A stretch of DNA of 64,000 nucleotides, from positions 5,270,001 to 5,334,000 of the forward strand of contig NC_088797.1 in assembly GCF_011386835.1 (NCBI RefSeq), read 5' to 3'. A program made the position numbers and the translations under genes. Origin of the DNA: Chrysemys picta bellii. Lineage: Eukaryota. This document shows, one piece after another, positions 49,301-62,770 of this stretch (within the stretch, counting starts at the first letter, position 1; each line of letters starts with the position of its first letter). Under the pieces are notes generated by a model. That model was not told the DNA's origin, ran no database searches, and saw only the letters and a program-made list of their open reading frames with translations.

Positions 49301-52212
49301 ATCACAGCACTTTTGAGTTATTGTTTCAGACTGTCTGCAGACTCAGGAAAAGCAATGCTGCATCGATTTACATGCTGTGTATGTTTAGAAGGATTTCTTC
49401 ACCACTGTAAGGGCTCTTTCTAGTTCCTAACCGCTCCTTCAGTCTGGATCCCAGCCAGAGGAGGTAGCATGCATCGAGAGGGTAGGCCAGAGGCGTGGAG
49501 GAATTGGCATGGAGCCCAGAGCAGCACTGTACACAGAAGTTTGAAGCTGCAACCTGTTTGGGGGAGGAATGCCAGGAAGGTGGGAGGAGCCTTATTCCAG
49601 AGAAGAAAAAGAAACCGGGTTCCTACTGGCATGGAGAGGAGAGAGGGGATGGTAGCCCATAGTTTAAAACCTCTAAGACAAGGACTCACTATTAAAAGGA
49701 CGCTGTCAAAAGGTTTAATCCTGAAATGTGACCAACTATAAAATGGTTTTCTGTTTATAAGGCCTTCCTGGCTTGTTTCTTTTGGGAAGTATGTGTTCTC
49801 ATGACTAAACTATTCCAAGAAATGCAAACCTCAGATGAACACCACAACACTTTCAATCCCAGAAAGGTGCATTCTGGGAACCTCTTTAAACACTGTTAAG
49901 TATTGAACTACAAAGATAAAGAGAGACTTCTTTTTTTTTCTCCCCAACTGTCAAAAAAAAGTTACTTTCCTGCATACATATAGTTTCGTGATGCACGGAT
50001 TCTGTCCTCCTCCCATTCACTTCCAACCCTCTCCTCAGAATCATCTCCCTTTTCTCACCAGAGAGGGGCCATTCACATATTCTCTTGTGGTGGTGTCTGA
50101 GCAGTGCACAAACCACACAACACTTCTCCAGGCCTGCAGCACAGTTACTATGCTGAGGGAAAGTAGGAGCATGGTGCAGTATCTGCCTAGAGAGAGGGGA
50201 GCAAGAGGTACAGGACTGATGGTGACACTAGCAGCAAAAATAAGTCTTTATCAGGAGAGCCTTGCAAGGCTAGAGTTCAGTAGTTGTAATCTGGGTGGAC
50301 ATGTCCAGGGAGGAGGAGAAACGTGCAAAACAATTCCATAGGTGTGGATAAACTTGAGAGGAGGTGAGATAGTGTGAGGGTAAATGGATGGGAAGAAACA
50401 TGAAAATGAAGGGGAATAGCTAAAAAAAAAAAGCAGAGAATCAAATGCAGAACTGAAATAAACATAGTGAAAGAGGAAAATACAGCGAGGAGGAAGATAA
50501 GCAAACGAAGGGAAAATAGGCTCAAAGGAGAAAAATAAATCATAAAAAACAGATGGAATTATACAAACTCGCAAATTTTCTCTTTAGAAAAATATTGAAG
50601 AAAGGAGGGGAAAGAGTTTTTTTTATTGTAATCCTATCACGGCTTCGTCCTTTAAAATTATTTCAGCAAAGGCGATCACATTAATATAATTTGTGAATGT
50701 AGCACTTTACATAATTCTATATGCACTGGGCCCATTTTGGATGTGTCTCCCACTTCATCACACATTGCCTGTGATGTTGATGGGCGCATATATCCGCGTA
50801 CGTGCACACACAATATTACTAGAATGCTTCAGTATGCAGTTTTGTTTGTGCCTCTCTGCAGTGTATTTTCTCTTGTTGCTTATGTAAGAAACATACTTAA
50901 TTTTATTTCTAACACTTCTTAGAAAATAAGGGGCACTTAATATATGGGTGTGGCTTCTGCTCTGATCAGTAGGATGTATCACTGCTTTTATAACAGCATA
51001 GAGAGGAATGCCCTCCGACTTCCAGGATTGTTACTAGAGGGAAGAAAATTGTTCATGCCAGGCCTACACAAAACGCAATGCGTCCTTGCTCCTTCTGCTG
51101 GCCATGCAGCAAGCAAACAGCATTCCCGAAGCTGTGTTCTCATCTTTGACAATGGTACACACAATCCTAGCAAACCAAAAAGCTGCATTAATGTTATGCT
51201 CTTGTAGAAACTCAAGAGAAAGTTAATGTGTACCAAATAGAAGAAAAAAATTATTTTTAAGCTTCTAATTAGGCATTACATAGACTTTTTAAATTACTGA
51301 GTATTTATTTACACATTTATTGATTACCAGTTTTCTTTGACCTTTCAGTAACTTCCGGATAGTGACAATATTATTAATTCCTGGAGAAGTGCCAGAGACT
51401 TACAAAAACAAAGCAAAGAAACTGACGTCCAATACACATCTCATATATTTAAAGCCTACAAACTGTGTTTTTTTTAAGTATGACCAGAAGAGGGAGCATA
51501 TAACATTTCCTATGTAATATCATCTGCCAACATATTGTCAAATGTCTCATCAATAAATACATGATTTATAGCTATAACTTAAAAAAATAAGTAACCCTTT
51601 ATTGCTGATTTAAACTCACAGTATTAAGATAACAGAATTAATGCCAAAACTAGTTGTACCAGTAACTCAGTGTGACTTTTTGCGTGATTAAGTGGCACAG
51701 CATTTACTCTGTAGGGGAATTTTCTAAAAATGGTAAAAGCTGAACGTCTTTGGAAATAATTTGTTATTGATCAAATATGTATGAAAATACCGACAAAGTC
51801 CTAAATATCGAATTGTAATGACCAGTGAACCAAAATTAAAGACACTTGTTGCTATAGATTATGTGAATAAATTGGGTAATTTAAAACCGAGCTTGCAAAC
51901 CCTTATGTGAGTAGTCCTGTTGAAGCCAATAGGATTGCTTGTGCAACTCGGGAATATTCACATTTCAGGGTTTACAACACGGTTTCTATCCTTTTTCATA
52001 GTGTAGATCACAACTTAATACTGAGATCGTCACCTCCCTGCCACAATTGCACACACCATCATTTCTGTCATATGCAATCTTACAATAGCCTTGTGGGGCA
52101 ATTGCGTACATGGAAAATATTAGGAAAGTATTTACTCTGTTAATGCAGGTTGGAAGAAGGAGGACTAGAACCACAAATACATCAAAACTGGTTGCAGATT
52201 ACTTGTTTACAG

Positions 52213-52925
52213 GTAGACCTGGCCGTAACTCAGGATATCTGTTTTGGGAGAAATTTTGATTTTTCTAGAATTCGGTTTTGTTCCATATTGGATTGTAACC
52301 AAATGTGTTAGAAACTTCTTGTGAAGTGGAAATCCTGGGGAAAAAATTTTAGAAGTGAAATTTTCTCCCTAGGACAGCTGCTGCCAAGTGAAATTGACAT
52401 TGTCAGTTTTTGAGCTCCTGGAGTCTGGGGATTTGGGACTGCTCCACCATGCATACTGCCTGAGGACGCCAGGGCTTCCAGACTCCAGGACCAACTGGTT
52501 CCCCTGGAATGGGAGCCACAGACCCTGAAAGCCCTTACCAGGATCTCTAGACTCCCAATTCTGCAGCAGGGAACCTGGGAGTCGTGAGAGCCTCTGGGTG
52601 AGCTGGGCCTTCTAGGCTCCCTACTGTGGAGTGAGCAGCTGAGCTGCAGTTCGAGTTGCAGCTCCAAGGACTTCCAGTCTGTCAGCTCCATGGCAGGGAG
52701 CCTACAAGCCCTGGCATGATGGGGCTGCCCTGGAGCAGCAAACTCTGGAAACCTCGGATCTCCATCCCGGGGCCGCCTGGAATTCCAGGCCTCTCCACAG
52801 CCCACGAGGCAGCTGGCTGGGAACTAGGCAGTTTCTAGCTCGCTTTCGCGAAACACTTTGGGTTGAACTAATTGGCATTTTCTGATGAAAGGTGGTTTCA
52901 TCGGAGAATGTCCAATTGGCTCTAC
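52213..52925. mobile_element. Probable non-autonomous DNA element with GC-rich interior
   Basis: AT-rich ends around a GC-rich core with short repeats; weak terminal similarity gtagacctgg / ttggctctac. Boundaries uncertain. Confidence 0.4.
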
Positions 52926-54269
52926 TTACAGGAATGGCCCCAAGTCTGTTTTAGTCAAATTGTTTAGATAATTGCAAGAAAATTTGTCAGCTTGGCTTCT
53001 AAATTTCTACTATTGCTTTTTCTGTAGTTCTATAAAAAGTGTCACAACAACAACAATGGAGGCTAAAGTCCTTCTAGAGTTCTGAACTTTGCACAGTATG
53101 TCTAGTTGTAATTAATATTGTAATATTTAATCATTTTAACAAGTAATGTTCTACTCATTACCTAATTTTGGTTTTCCTTATGTGTTCTTCTCTATAACAG
53201 CTAGGTGTGTACTGAACATGTCACTTAATAAAACACATTAATGTTTTATATGATTTCCTTTGGAAAATAATGTGGGTTCTGCACTGTGAAACTCCCCCAA
53301 AACTGTAAATCCTCTCAAGGTTTAGAAAATTTAGAAGGCAGAAAATTAAAATAGATAAATGTAATAGTACACGTATCCACACAAGCCTAAGATGCAATCC
53401 TAGCTGAATATGTGAAATACCATTGAGTAGTTGGGATAGTAATAATGATACCCAAAATATTACATTAGTTCCTTTTGATCGAACTGGAAGGATATATGGT
53501 TCCCACCTGGAGGATGCAGGTTATACATAGTTTGACAAAATAATAGTTTGGTTTTTTTCCACCCTAAAATTTATGCAACGTTTTGGTCCCAAACGTTCAT
53601 ATGGAGGCTGTGCAGTAGATTGACATTGAGAATACAGGTCGATCCATTGCACAATGCCAAAAGAAGTTTGGAGAGAAAAAAATGTTGTGTACCTAGTATT
53701 GTGGGGCTGCTCAAAGGTAAAGAGCTCATCTAAATTTCCTGCCTGCTGTTATTCCCTGAACTCGGTTCTGTCTTTCTATTGCCTTCCTCCTCCACCCCCC
53801 TCCCCACCCCCAGTGGTGTCATGCAACCTACAAGAGTTACTCCAGTGCCTTAATGACTCATCTCTTTGGCACGGGTTGGGGTGGAATAAGGACTGGCTTT
53901 GAGAATTTTTTTCCCCAGTTAATAATAAAATAAAACCTTTTGTTCCTGCGGTGGTGGCAGACTCTCATTCCACTCCCTGATTACTGGGAATTGGCATTGG
54001 GCAAGGCTTCTGCAGAGGCAGTGCAGTTCCCATGTAATTGAGCTTCCACTCACTACAGGCAAGTGCTGTCAGGAAATATTTGGCTCACATCTCTGAAATA
54101 TACAGGGTGACCTTAAAATGGGAGTCTTCTCTTTCAGCTAGATATACTTCATGGGCCTCTACCAGAAAAGAACATTCTCCTGATCTTAGGAGATAGCATT
54201 CATGGTCACGTGAATTCCTAAGGGGGCTCCAGTAATTCCCAGAAACCTTGTCTGTCAGTCAGATGAGGC

Positions 54270-55171
54270 CTTAGTCTGTAATCACCGTTATGCAGCTATT
54301 TCAGTGGGTGGGGTAGGAGATGTACCTCCCTTCAGCAAAGGCTCCTGACTCCTTAGCGGTCACCTGTCTTGGGTGGAGACCTGCATCTCTTTCCCTCCTG
54401 AGCGAGGGTTTTTCAGGCTACACTGTTCCCTATCTACACTGTGATATACCCAGGAAGCCAGACTGTCTAAACAGGCCAGTGTTTGCTTGGCTTTCTCTCC
54501 AGTGGTTATGAGTAGCATACTGCCTGCAGTTACAAGATACTGCACAACTCTTTATAAGCAAGCACATTTATTTTTAAGGTAAAAGCATTACAGAGAAAAC
54601 ACAGTAAAAACAATAAAAGAACCTATACGCATGCTAAACAGCTTACCAGAGGTCACCGCAACCCCAACTTTAGGCTCCGTAGGTGTCAGTTCTTCAAAAC
54701 CCATAACTGGGTTTCCCTTATAGTTAAAAGTTTATAAATGCCTCAGATTTAGAACCAGCAAACAACCATGAATAGTTCAGTCTTTCCTTTATACAGTGTG
54801 GTACTTAGATCTTGGTCTCGTGTAACTGGGGATCATCGGACAATGGCCCCTCCTCAGAGCATAGCTTCAAAAAGCAGGCTGAGTTTTTGTATAACCAGAG
54901 GTGGGGAATTTGCATTCACCTCCCCCTAGATAGTCCCAAGAAAAACCACTTAGCACTTTTTGTTCCAAGTGTCCATTCTTGTCTTGTTCAATATAGTCCT
55001 ATGACCCCCAGGTCTCACATCTGTCACATCTCCCCCTTCAAGAGGTTACATATAATCCCAGCCCACAATAATACATAAACTATTCATTTCATACAGTTGT
55101 CCCCAAAGACACTTAAATTAATTCAGTAAGGTCTCCCAAAGATATTGCAGGAAACTGCCACATGTGTCACA
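54270..55171 (-). mobile_element. Probable solo LTR
   Basis: About 0.9 kb ending ...tgtgtcaca; minus-strand AATAAA (catttatt, ~54565); no internal coding sequence. Left boundary and TSD unresolved. Confidence 0.45.
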
Positions 55172-55404
55172 TATACTTAATGTTAGCTGCATTGGTGAGG
55201 AGGAGGAAGTTAAGGTAATACTGTTTATTTCTTCTGTGCCTTTCAACTGCAGAGCATTGAGTGTTTCAGAAACATTAATTAAGCTTCACCACACTTCTGG
55301 GAAGTAGGTGGTGTACCTGTAGGTGGCACAGAGTTGGCCAACTCGCGTTTTCCCTCCATTGCCAGCCTATTGTAAACCCCGCTGGCCATGATGGTCCCTG
55401 GCAG

Positions 55405-55592
55405 CACCTCTCCCCTAATATAACACAACCCGATATAACACAAATTCCGATACAACACAGTAAAGCAGCGCTCCGTGGGGGCGGGGCTGCGCGCTCCGGT
55501 GGATCAAAGCAAGTTCGATATAACGCAGTTTTACCTATGACGCGGTAAGATTTTTTGGCTCCTGAGGACAGCGTTATATCAGGGTAGAGGTG
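55405..55592. mobile_element. pogo/Tigger-like MITE
   Basis: Ends cacctctcccctaatataac / gttatatcagggtagaggtg followed by TA; repeated gatataac subterminal motifs. Confidence 0.7.
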
Positions 55593-56203
55593 TATATTGA
55601 CCCACAAATGGCCCAGGATCAGGAGAGTGGTTCTTAGCCACCTTTGTGCAAACCTTTCCCCATATAGTAGTTGCACTGTCACTTCCTTGACCACAACCCA
55701 GCATCTGGGCCACAAAGCCATCTATCTTCTTATCAACTTCTAAAAATATTCCTCACTTCTCTGTTGCTCAGGAAGTTGGTATAACTTGTGTGTGTCCATA
55801 ATACTGTAAGCCTTGGTGTCCGCATCACATTAGTCACAGAGTGAATATTACAGCAACTGTTGCTCACTAAATTTTGTGTAGTCTGGACTCTGACTGTTGC
55901 TGAGGAGGGAGTGTTTTTCTAGGCAGCATGCTTCCCATAATACCCAGATGCATAGTGATCGTGCAGTGGGGCCAGTTGCTGATCTTTGGTAGCAATCACT
56001 CTCTCTCTCTGCAGAGCCACCCGTTTGTATATGGAAGCAAGAGGCTTTTTGGCTATTTAGAATGTGCTAGAAGCACTGGGAAGGCACTGAGCTTCTTCTT
56101 ACTTCTGCAACCCAGCCCCGATTGTCCTAGCAGCAATGTTCAGCAATAGCTGAGATTGAAAAGATTTACTAGAAATCTATTTCCGTAAAATTTGTAATCC
56201 TTG

Positions 56204-56211
<8 letters not shown>

Positions 56212-56242
<31 letters not shown>
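56212..56242 (+). repeat. Poly(A) run, 31 nt
   Basis: Direct count. Confidence 0.9.
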
Positions 56243-56246
<4 letters not shown>

Positions 56247-56588
56247 TAGGACAATGTATAAGCGTTAGTGTGTGTCTGATGTGTGTGTTTAGTAATATAT
56301 GATTTTTGTATACATGTACCTGCATATGCGGCGTTGATATCCATGTGACAGACTGCAGAACAATATAACTCGATCGTACACCAGTGAATTGATCACGCAC
56401 CCCCTCTCTGCCCCCAGTTCATCTTTCCAGGATTTACACTCCTTTTCCAAATACGGAGCAGCAGCTGCGATTTTTTTTTTAATCAACTTGCCAGAGACGT
56501 TTCCTCCTTTTCTCCCACTCTCCTCAACACCCCCCCACCCCCAAAAAAATTTAACAACAACAAACAAACAAAAGCAAACACAAACAAT

Positions 56589-57452
56589 TGTATGAGGCCC
56601 AGGAGAGGAAATACTGAATCCTGGGTCAGTGGTAGTTTTTCTAGACATAAAAACGTCATGACTTCCAAAGTCAATTGTTGGATGTCCCTGCAGGGACTAG
56701 AAACAGATCTGTGTCACCCCTATCTTGGGGTGGAGTCACCTAATTGTCCTACTCTCCAGCTAAGTCTGGGCTGCAGTCCCCTGTGATCAACTGTGATTAC
56801 CTCAGCAGGCCTGACTTAAGCTCAGACCCTGCAGTTCTGTTCCTTCCAGGAGCAACGATGGAGGTAACCAGTAATCGAACAGCCTCCTTAAAGTAAAATA
56901 TTTACAACAAAAGCATTTCAGAGACAACCAGTCTTAAATCAATTAAACAGACTACATGCATGTCTAGATACCAGAGATCTTTCATATGGACCTCCCCAGA
57001 GACCTCGGGGGTCTGCTGTCCTAGACCATTTCCTTAACTCACAAACCATTTCTCTCACCTTCAGGGGGAGAGTTATTTAAATGCTGCCTACTCGTCCTTT
57101 GGATCACATCCTTTCCCCAAGACCAAGTCACTATTTTAACATTTATAGCCCTGTGATCTGTTCGTTCCTAGCACTGGCAGAACAAGGCTTGTGAGGAGGA
57201 TGTAAGCTCTGCAAAACTTTGCCCATTGTCTTCCATGTATGGTGAGGTGACCTTATCTGGGGCCATTATCTTCCTCTTGGAGACAGTTCTCCTTGAATTC
57301 TATCATTATAGGTGTTTCAGAAACATTCCACTACCCCAGTATAAGTTAGATCAATACATTCATACAGGAAATTCTAATAACCCACTATAGTTATGCAGTA
57401 ACTACCTCTTAGTTTCTTAGATTATTATATAACAGCTATACAACCATCACAC
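56589..57452 (-). mobile_element. Possible solo LTR
   Basis: TG...CA-bounded block of about 0.86 kb with layout similar to 54270-55171; TSD not convincing. Confidence 0.35.
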
Positions 57453-58715
57453 ATGGTAAATAAGATATCTGGATTTACAGGGAGCATGATACAAAAAATA
57501 GCCCTATTAAACGTATTTAAAGCTCTCTAACCATTCCTAAAACCGTTTTTTTTTTTGCATCATGTATGAAATATGCAGAATATATTATATTGTGGTATAA
57601 TGGTTTCATTCGCATTTCTTTGAGGTGATCTGCATTATATAATGTTGCTGCTGACAAGCAGTGTGGTCATCCCCAAACTCATGCCAATACAAACCTTTCT
57701 ACCATGCTATTTGGTATTCCGTGTGTGCATAAAAATATGAATGCATTGACATACATCCTCCTTTTTGTATTGCTGTATACATGCAGTAAAGAGATGGGGG
57801 CACATTTTTCTTCACGCTCTGCTGATCCAAGGGAAGCCATTTTTCTCTCAGTATTGTAGATCCAGTGTAGTTTAAATTGACATTACTCTGCTGGGTGATC
57901 TTACAATAACAAAGACCAGGGAACTCGCTTTCTCTGCAGGGACACATCACACTGTTTCTTCCTCTCCCTGCTCCTAGCTGTCTGTTCCATTCTTGTAAGC
58001 AGGCTGACACTTAGAAAGCAGGATTCTTGTCATTTTCTGTACTCTGCCTGTTCCCTAGAATGGAGCAGACAAGCGAGAGTGTGTTGGGGAGGGTTGAGGC
58101 CAGCGTGACGTGGATGCACACAGACTAAACCACAGCTCATAGGGCTAATTTTAGGCTTCTTAACCTAGAAATGATCCTGTTAACCGGCAGCTTAAATTGT
58201 TTATCTCAACTATATTATTTTTTTATGTTTTCGAGAATTTTGAACAGTATTTTTAGAAACCAAAACTTTAAAACCTATTAAGACCTTTATTATCATAAGG
58301 AAATTAAACTCAACGTCTTTTTCAATTTTATTATCGTACAGACAGTATTTTTTTTTCTGTAGCAGAAAAGCCCTTTAAAATGCCATTAAGTTGTGGGACA
58401 TACATTGGGCAGTGTAAAGGCAAAGTTTTGTGACAAAATAAATAGAGATTTACTAAAGACAGAGTTTAAAGTTGCTTGGAAGCTTCCATATCATGCTCCA
58501 CATGTCAGAAGTTACGGAAAATGTGTGGAAAAAAGCTTTGATACTGAGGTACTGAATGTGTGTGTTGCTAGCTAGCACAACGTAAAGAAGCATAAAATCA
58601 CAGCACTTTCCCTCAAAGCAATTGTATGGCCATTCCATTATCCTTTTCCAAATTACTCCACCATGCTTCCTAATTCCCCTCCCTGCCCCTGTTTTGCCAT
58701 CGCTCACCTCCCCCT

Positions 58716-58734
58716 CCCCCCCCCCCCCCCCCCC
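58716..58734 (+). repeat. Poly(C) run, 19 nt
   Basis: Direct count. Confidence 0.9.
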
Positions 58735-61700
58735 AGTCAGCAGCAGGATGATTTTATAAATGCCACTGCCTTAGAATGAAACTGACTGTGATTGCATGAT
58801 CCTAGTCCATAGCCGGTTCTGCAAATAAAGCACTTCTGTGATCGTCACCTTGCTGCTCCTAAAAGGGAATAGACAGAAATGAAGACAAATAAATGTGAGA
58901 TGGCAAGGGGACAAAGACAACAATGTTGGTATCCCCCACAGTAGTTGGATTCTGTGTACTATTAAAGATAAGCAGAGGACTACCAGAATGTAATTGTTGG
59001 TGGTGCACTAAAATACTATGCAGTAAATACAAAACAAACCAACAAAATGTATATGCTGCTGGTAACTACTTTTAACAGTGGATTATAGGTGGAGTGAAGT
59101 AGATTTTCACAATGAAAATCCAGGCAAATGTCCTTGTCATACTGAGTTGTTTTTTTCATGTGGTTAATGGTCAGATAGCATTTACCACTCTTTCTTGAAG
59201 TTCCTGGGAAAGGGAAATACTGATTGCTATCTGGTGTTTTAAACGTGCAAGACATGTGAAGTGAGCTTCAGCAATGCCTTGATTTATTTGTTTCTAATCT
59301 GTTTGATTAGAATAGTAGTCCCCAGGCTCTGTGCTTTCCTGGAAAGGAAGCTGCTTGAATGCTATTCCTTGCTTCTGCTAGCCATTCTTGGTGGTAAAAC
59401 AAGTAAACTGACAACACAAAGACACTTGTACAAGCCAGATGTCTTTCCTCTGGGCACCTTTGCATTTCAAAGACGGAAGCCGTTGTTTACTTTTTAAAAA
59501 TGTATTTGAATGCAATTTGATATGTGTGAAAAGAAATCTTGGCTTTGATAAAACAAAGAAACAAAAGCACAACCAAAGGAAACCACCCACAAACCACTTC
59601 TCCTGTATTCTTTTCTGTCAGGTAGTAAACTGAACTTTTTAAGTGACTAGTCAGGAAATAGAGTTGAAGTTAGTAATTTAGCACTAGCCAGGAAATATCA
59701 GTAATGTTTGGAGAGGTGAATAATAAACAAATACATGACTTCAGGTGTTAACCACCTTCTGGCTGGCAAACTGTCAGATACACCAGTTTTTTTTCTTTCT
59801 GCTATGATGTAGATGGGCTGCTTGAACATTGATTTTATAACATTAAATGAGGTAGGCAGAGTTAACAGCAAAGTACTTAATATTAATCAGTTCTATGTTA
59901 GTCTTCAGTCATAGGAGTGTAATCATTATTTCACCTATTAGTGCCCATGCAATAATTATGGGGAAGGAATTCATATTTTTCTTGTAGAGCTTTGGCATAA
60001 AAATAGCGTATAAAAGGTTTGTATAACGTGTACTACAATCTGAAAATGTTAAAAACTGCAGTGTACTGTGGTAAAAGGTAACTTTAGAGATTCATTCTGT
60101 ACTTGAGTATTTTAAACATGATCGCTGTAAACTGGGGTATTCATATTCTTGGTAATTGTAGATAGATTCAAGTAGTATATGTTTATTGTAATATACATCT
60201 GTTAATATACCTGGGGTGCTAAGGTTACTTTAAAGAAACTGTCAGAAAATTGGGATAGTAAGTGATTAGCATGTCAATGTGATAAATTGTTTAAGTGCCG
60301 CCTTCTCAAACTCTGACAAGTTGCTGTGAAAATAGAAGGATTAATTTACATCAGCAAGGACTCCTGGTATGACCATATTAAATAAAATTAGACTCCACCT
60401 CCTGTTTTACTATTTATCTGCCAGGACCTTTGTGATTCAAGTGCACTTTACTGTAGTAGCAAATGTTACATAAACCCAAACATGGAGCTTGTTTGGAGTT
60501 TGTGGGCAGACCCAAATTATGATGCAAGGCTTTAGTAGCAAGGGTGCAATGAAGCACAATCAAATTATGTGAATGGGAGTTAACAAGAAGGCTTTCCAGA
60601 ACAGCCTTTCTTTTTGCACAGGGCTGAAAGCTCTGGGTAACTTTTCTTGTGCAGTTTTCAGAGGCAGGAGTTGGCAAAGAGCCCAGATCTGCATGGAGTT
60701 TGCAGAAGGTTGGTATAGTTCTGTACTAACACTACATGGAACTAAAAGACGTATACTTTGTGCGTTTTCTAAGTTTGTTTATACTCTACCAGGGGTGGAG
60801 TTGAACACTGGTGAAGTTGTGTAGAAGGCCTTTGCAGAGTTAGTTGATCAAAGTGGATAATCTCAAAATGAGGGATTAACTGCTGCAAACGGCCCACATA
60901 AACCATTCTGAAATGTCATTTGAGAGATTTGGCCAAAGTTCAAAAGCAGATGGGAGTTGAGTTTGCTATTAACTCAAAATGCTGAGGTTTGCACTAAACC
61001 ATCTAAGTATCTTGAAACACTAGTTCTTTTTAAAATGTACTATAAAGTAATATGATTGTTTACCTAGTTGATGTCTAAAATTGGAGTTAACGTTTTAAAA
61101 AGTTTTAACTGAGGGGGGGAGAAGTATCATATCTTATTTGTGGTAACTGTGGTTTCATGACACAGGAAGTGCTGAGAACAGAGCATAATCTGTTAAATTA
61201 AAACTGTTTCCCTACAGAAATGTGAAATCCAAAACAAATTATTTAAAGAAACTATTTTAACGAGGACAGGAACAGCAGTTAAACATTTAAAAAGGTAGAT
61301 TATAATTCTGTCAATCTTCTATACACTTCAGTATCATTTTGTCAATTTATTAATTAAGGAGATAAACTAGTAAGAACATGTTTATTTTAACTGTCTTCCT
61401 AGTGGCACTCAGCAGTGTAATTTAAAAGTCAGAGATTTAATGCATTCCCGGTTATAAAGCCAGGTCTTTTGTTTAGGGTGGGCAGGGTGGTCGTTTTCCC
61501 TTTAATGGTACTCAGTGGGCTGAAATATGAGAATAAATTATTAGTCTAAATGTATTGAATACTACAGTTATATTTTTTTATTTCTACATGTGCATTAATT
61601 TTTAGTTCTAGGTATCATGTCCCAGCTGGCTGCTGGGCTCCTTTAAAATAAAATTTAAAATGGCTGAGTGAGACTTTGTGTGTACTAAAACTTTCGTTGT

Positions 61701-62269
61701 AACATTTTAGGCAGTACGTCGTAAACATACTCTGCAGAAGCCTAGCAAATTTTTATATATTTAGTGCTCCAAGTGAGCTGTTGCAGAATTAATGGAATTC
61801 CCGTGACTGCTCTTTTCCTATGCGTAATAAAATGTTCGTGCGACAAAGGCATAAAACCAGTGTAAAATAGCATTAAGGATCTGATCTTAAAACAACAAAA
61901 ACAAATAAGTGATATCACTTCTGCCCTGTGTGTTGCAGCATGAATATTATGTTCCAAGACACAGAACTTTAAAGTGGAGATAAGGTTTCTCATACTTATG
62001 AGTATCTTAAGTCAAAGAGCCTTGAAAAAATTGTAATTTACTGTCTCTCCCACCTCCCCACAAGGAAATGTGACAATTCTTAAGGCTTGCCATTTACAAA
62101 AACAAAAATTGGAAAGCATGAAGATGGAGAGTTACCCAATCAGTCTGAACTCTGGCCCTGTATCCCTGACACCTTTTTATTTTCCCGATATAGTCACTAT
62201 GAGAAGCACACTGATATTGCAGCTTGTTGTGTCTTTTAACTTAATGTTTTTTAGCATTTCGTAATTGCC

Positions 62270-62600
62270 ATCCTGAATCAGCCCAGTAGTCCATCTAGTC
62301 TGGTATTCCATCTCTAACGGCGTTCAGTGCCATATGCTTCTGAGGAAAGTGCAGGAATACTGTCATATATAATATACATATATAATAGTGGAATTACCTG
62401 TCCATAAGGGAAGTTCCTTTCTAAAGCCCAACAATTAATGATTATCTTATGCCCTGAAGCATAGATTGTATAACATTTAATATAACTGTTATTCTAATTA
62501 TTCATGTAAATATTTATCCTTCCTTGAATCCTAGAGAGCTTTTGGTCTCACTGATATCTTGTGACAATGAGTTCCACAGTTTAAGTGTATCTGATGTAAA
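62270..62600 (-). mobile_element. CR1 LINE 3' end fragment
   Basis: Reverse-complement CR1 3' region (gtccatctagtc...; caatgagttccacag). Confidence 0.65.
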
Positions 62601-62601
62601 C

Positions 62602-62770
62602 AATTATTATTATTTATTTGTATTGCCATAGCACCTTGGAGTCCTAGTCAAAAACCAGGACCTCATTGCGCTAGGTGCTGTACAAACACAGAACAAAAAG
62701 ACAGTCCCTGCCCCCAAAGAGTTTATAATCTAAATATAAAATACGAGTCAACAGATAAATAGAGATGGAT
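62602..62770 (-). mobile_element. MIR-like SINE / L2-type tail
   Basis: Reverse complement of the tail at 34480-34617 (ttattattatttatttgtattg...ctaggtgctgtacaaaca...gacagtccctgccc). Confidence 0.75.
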
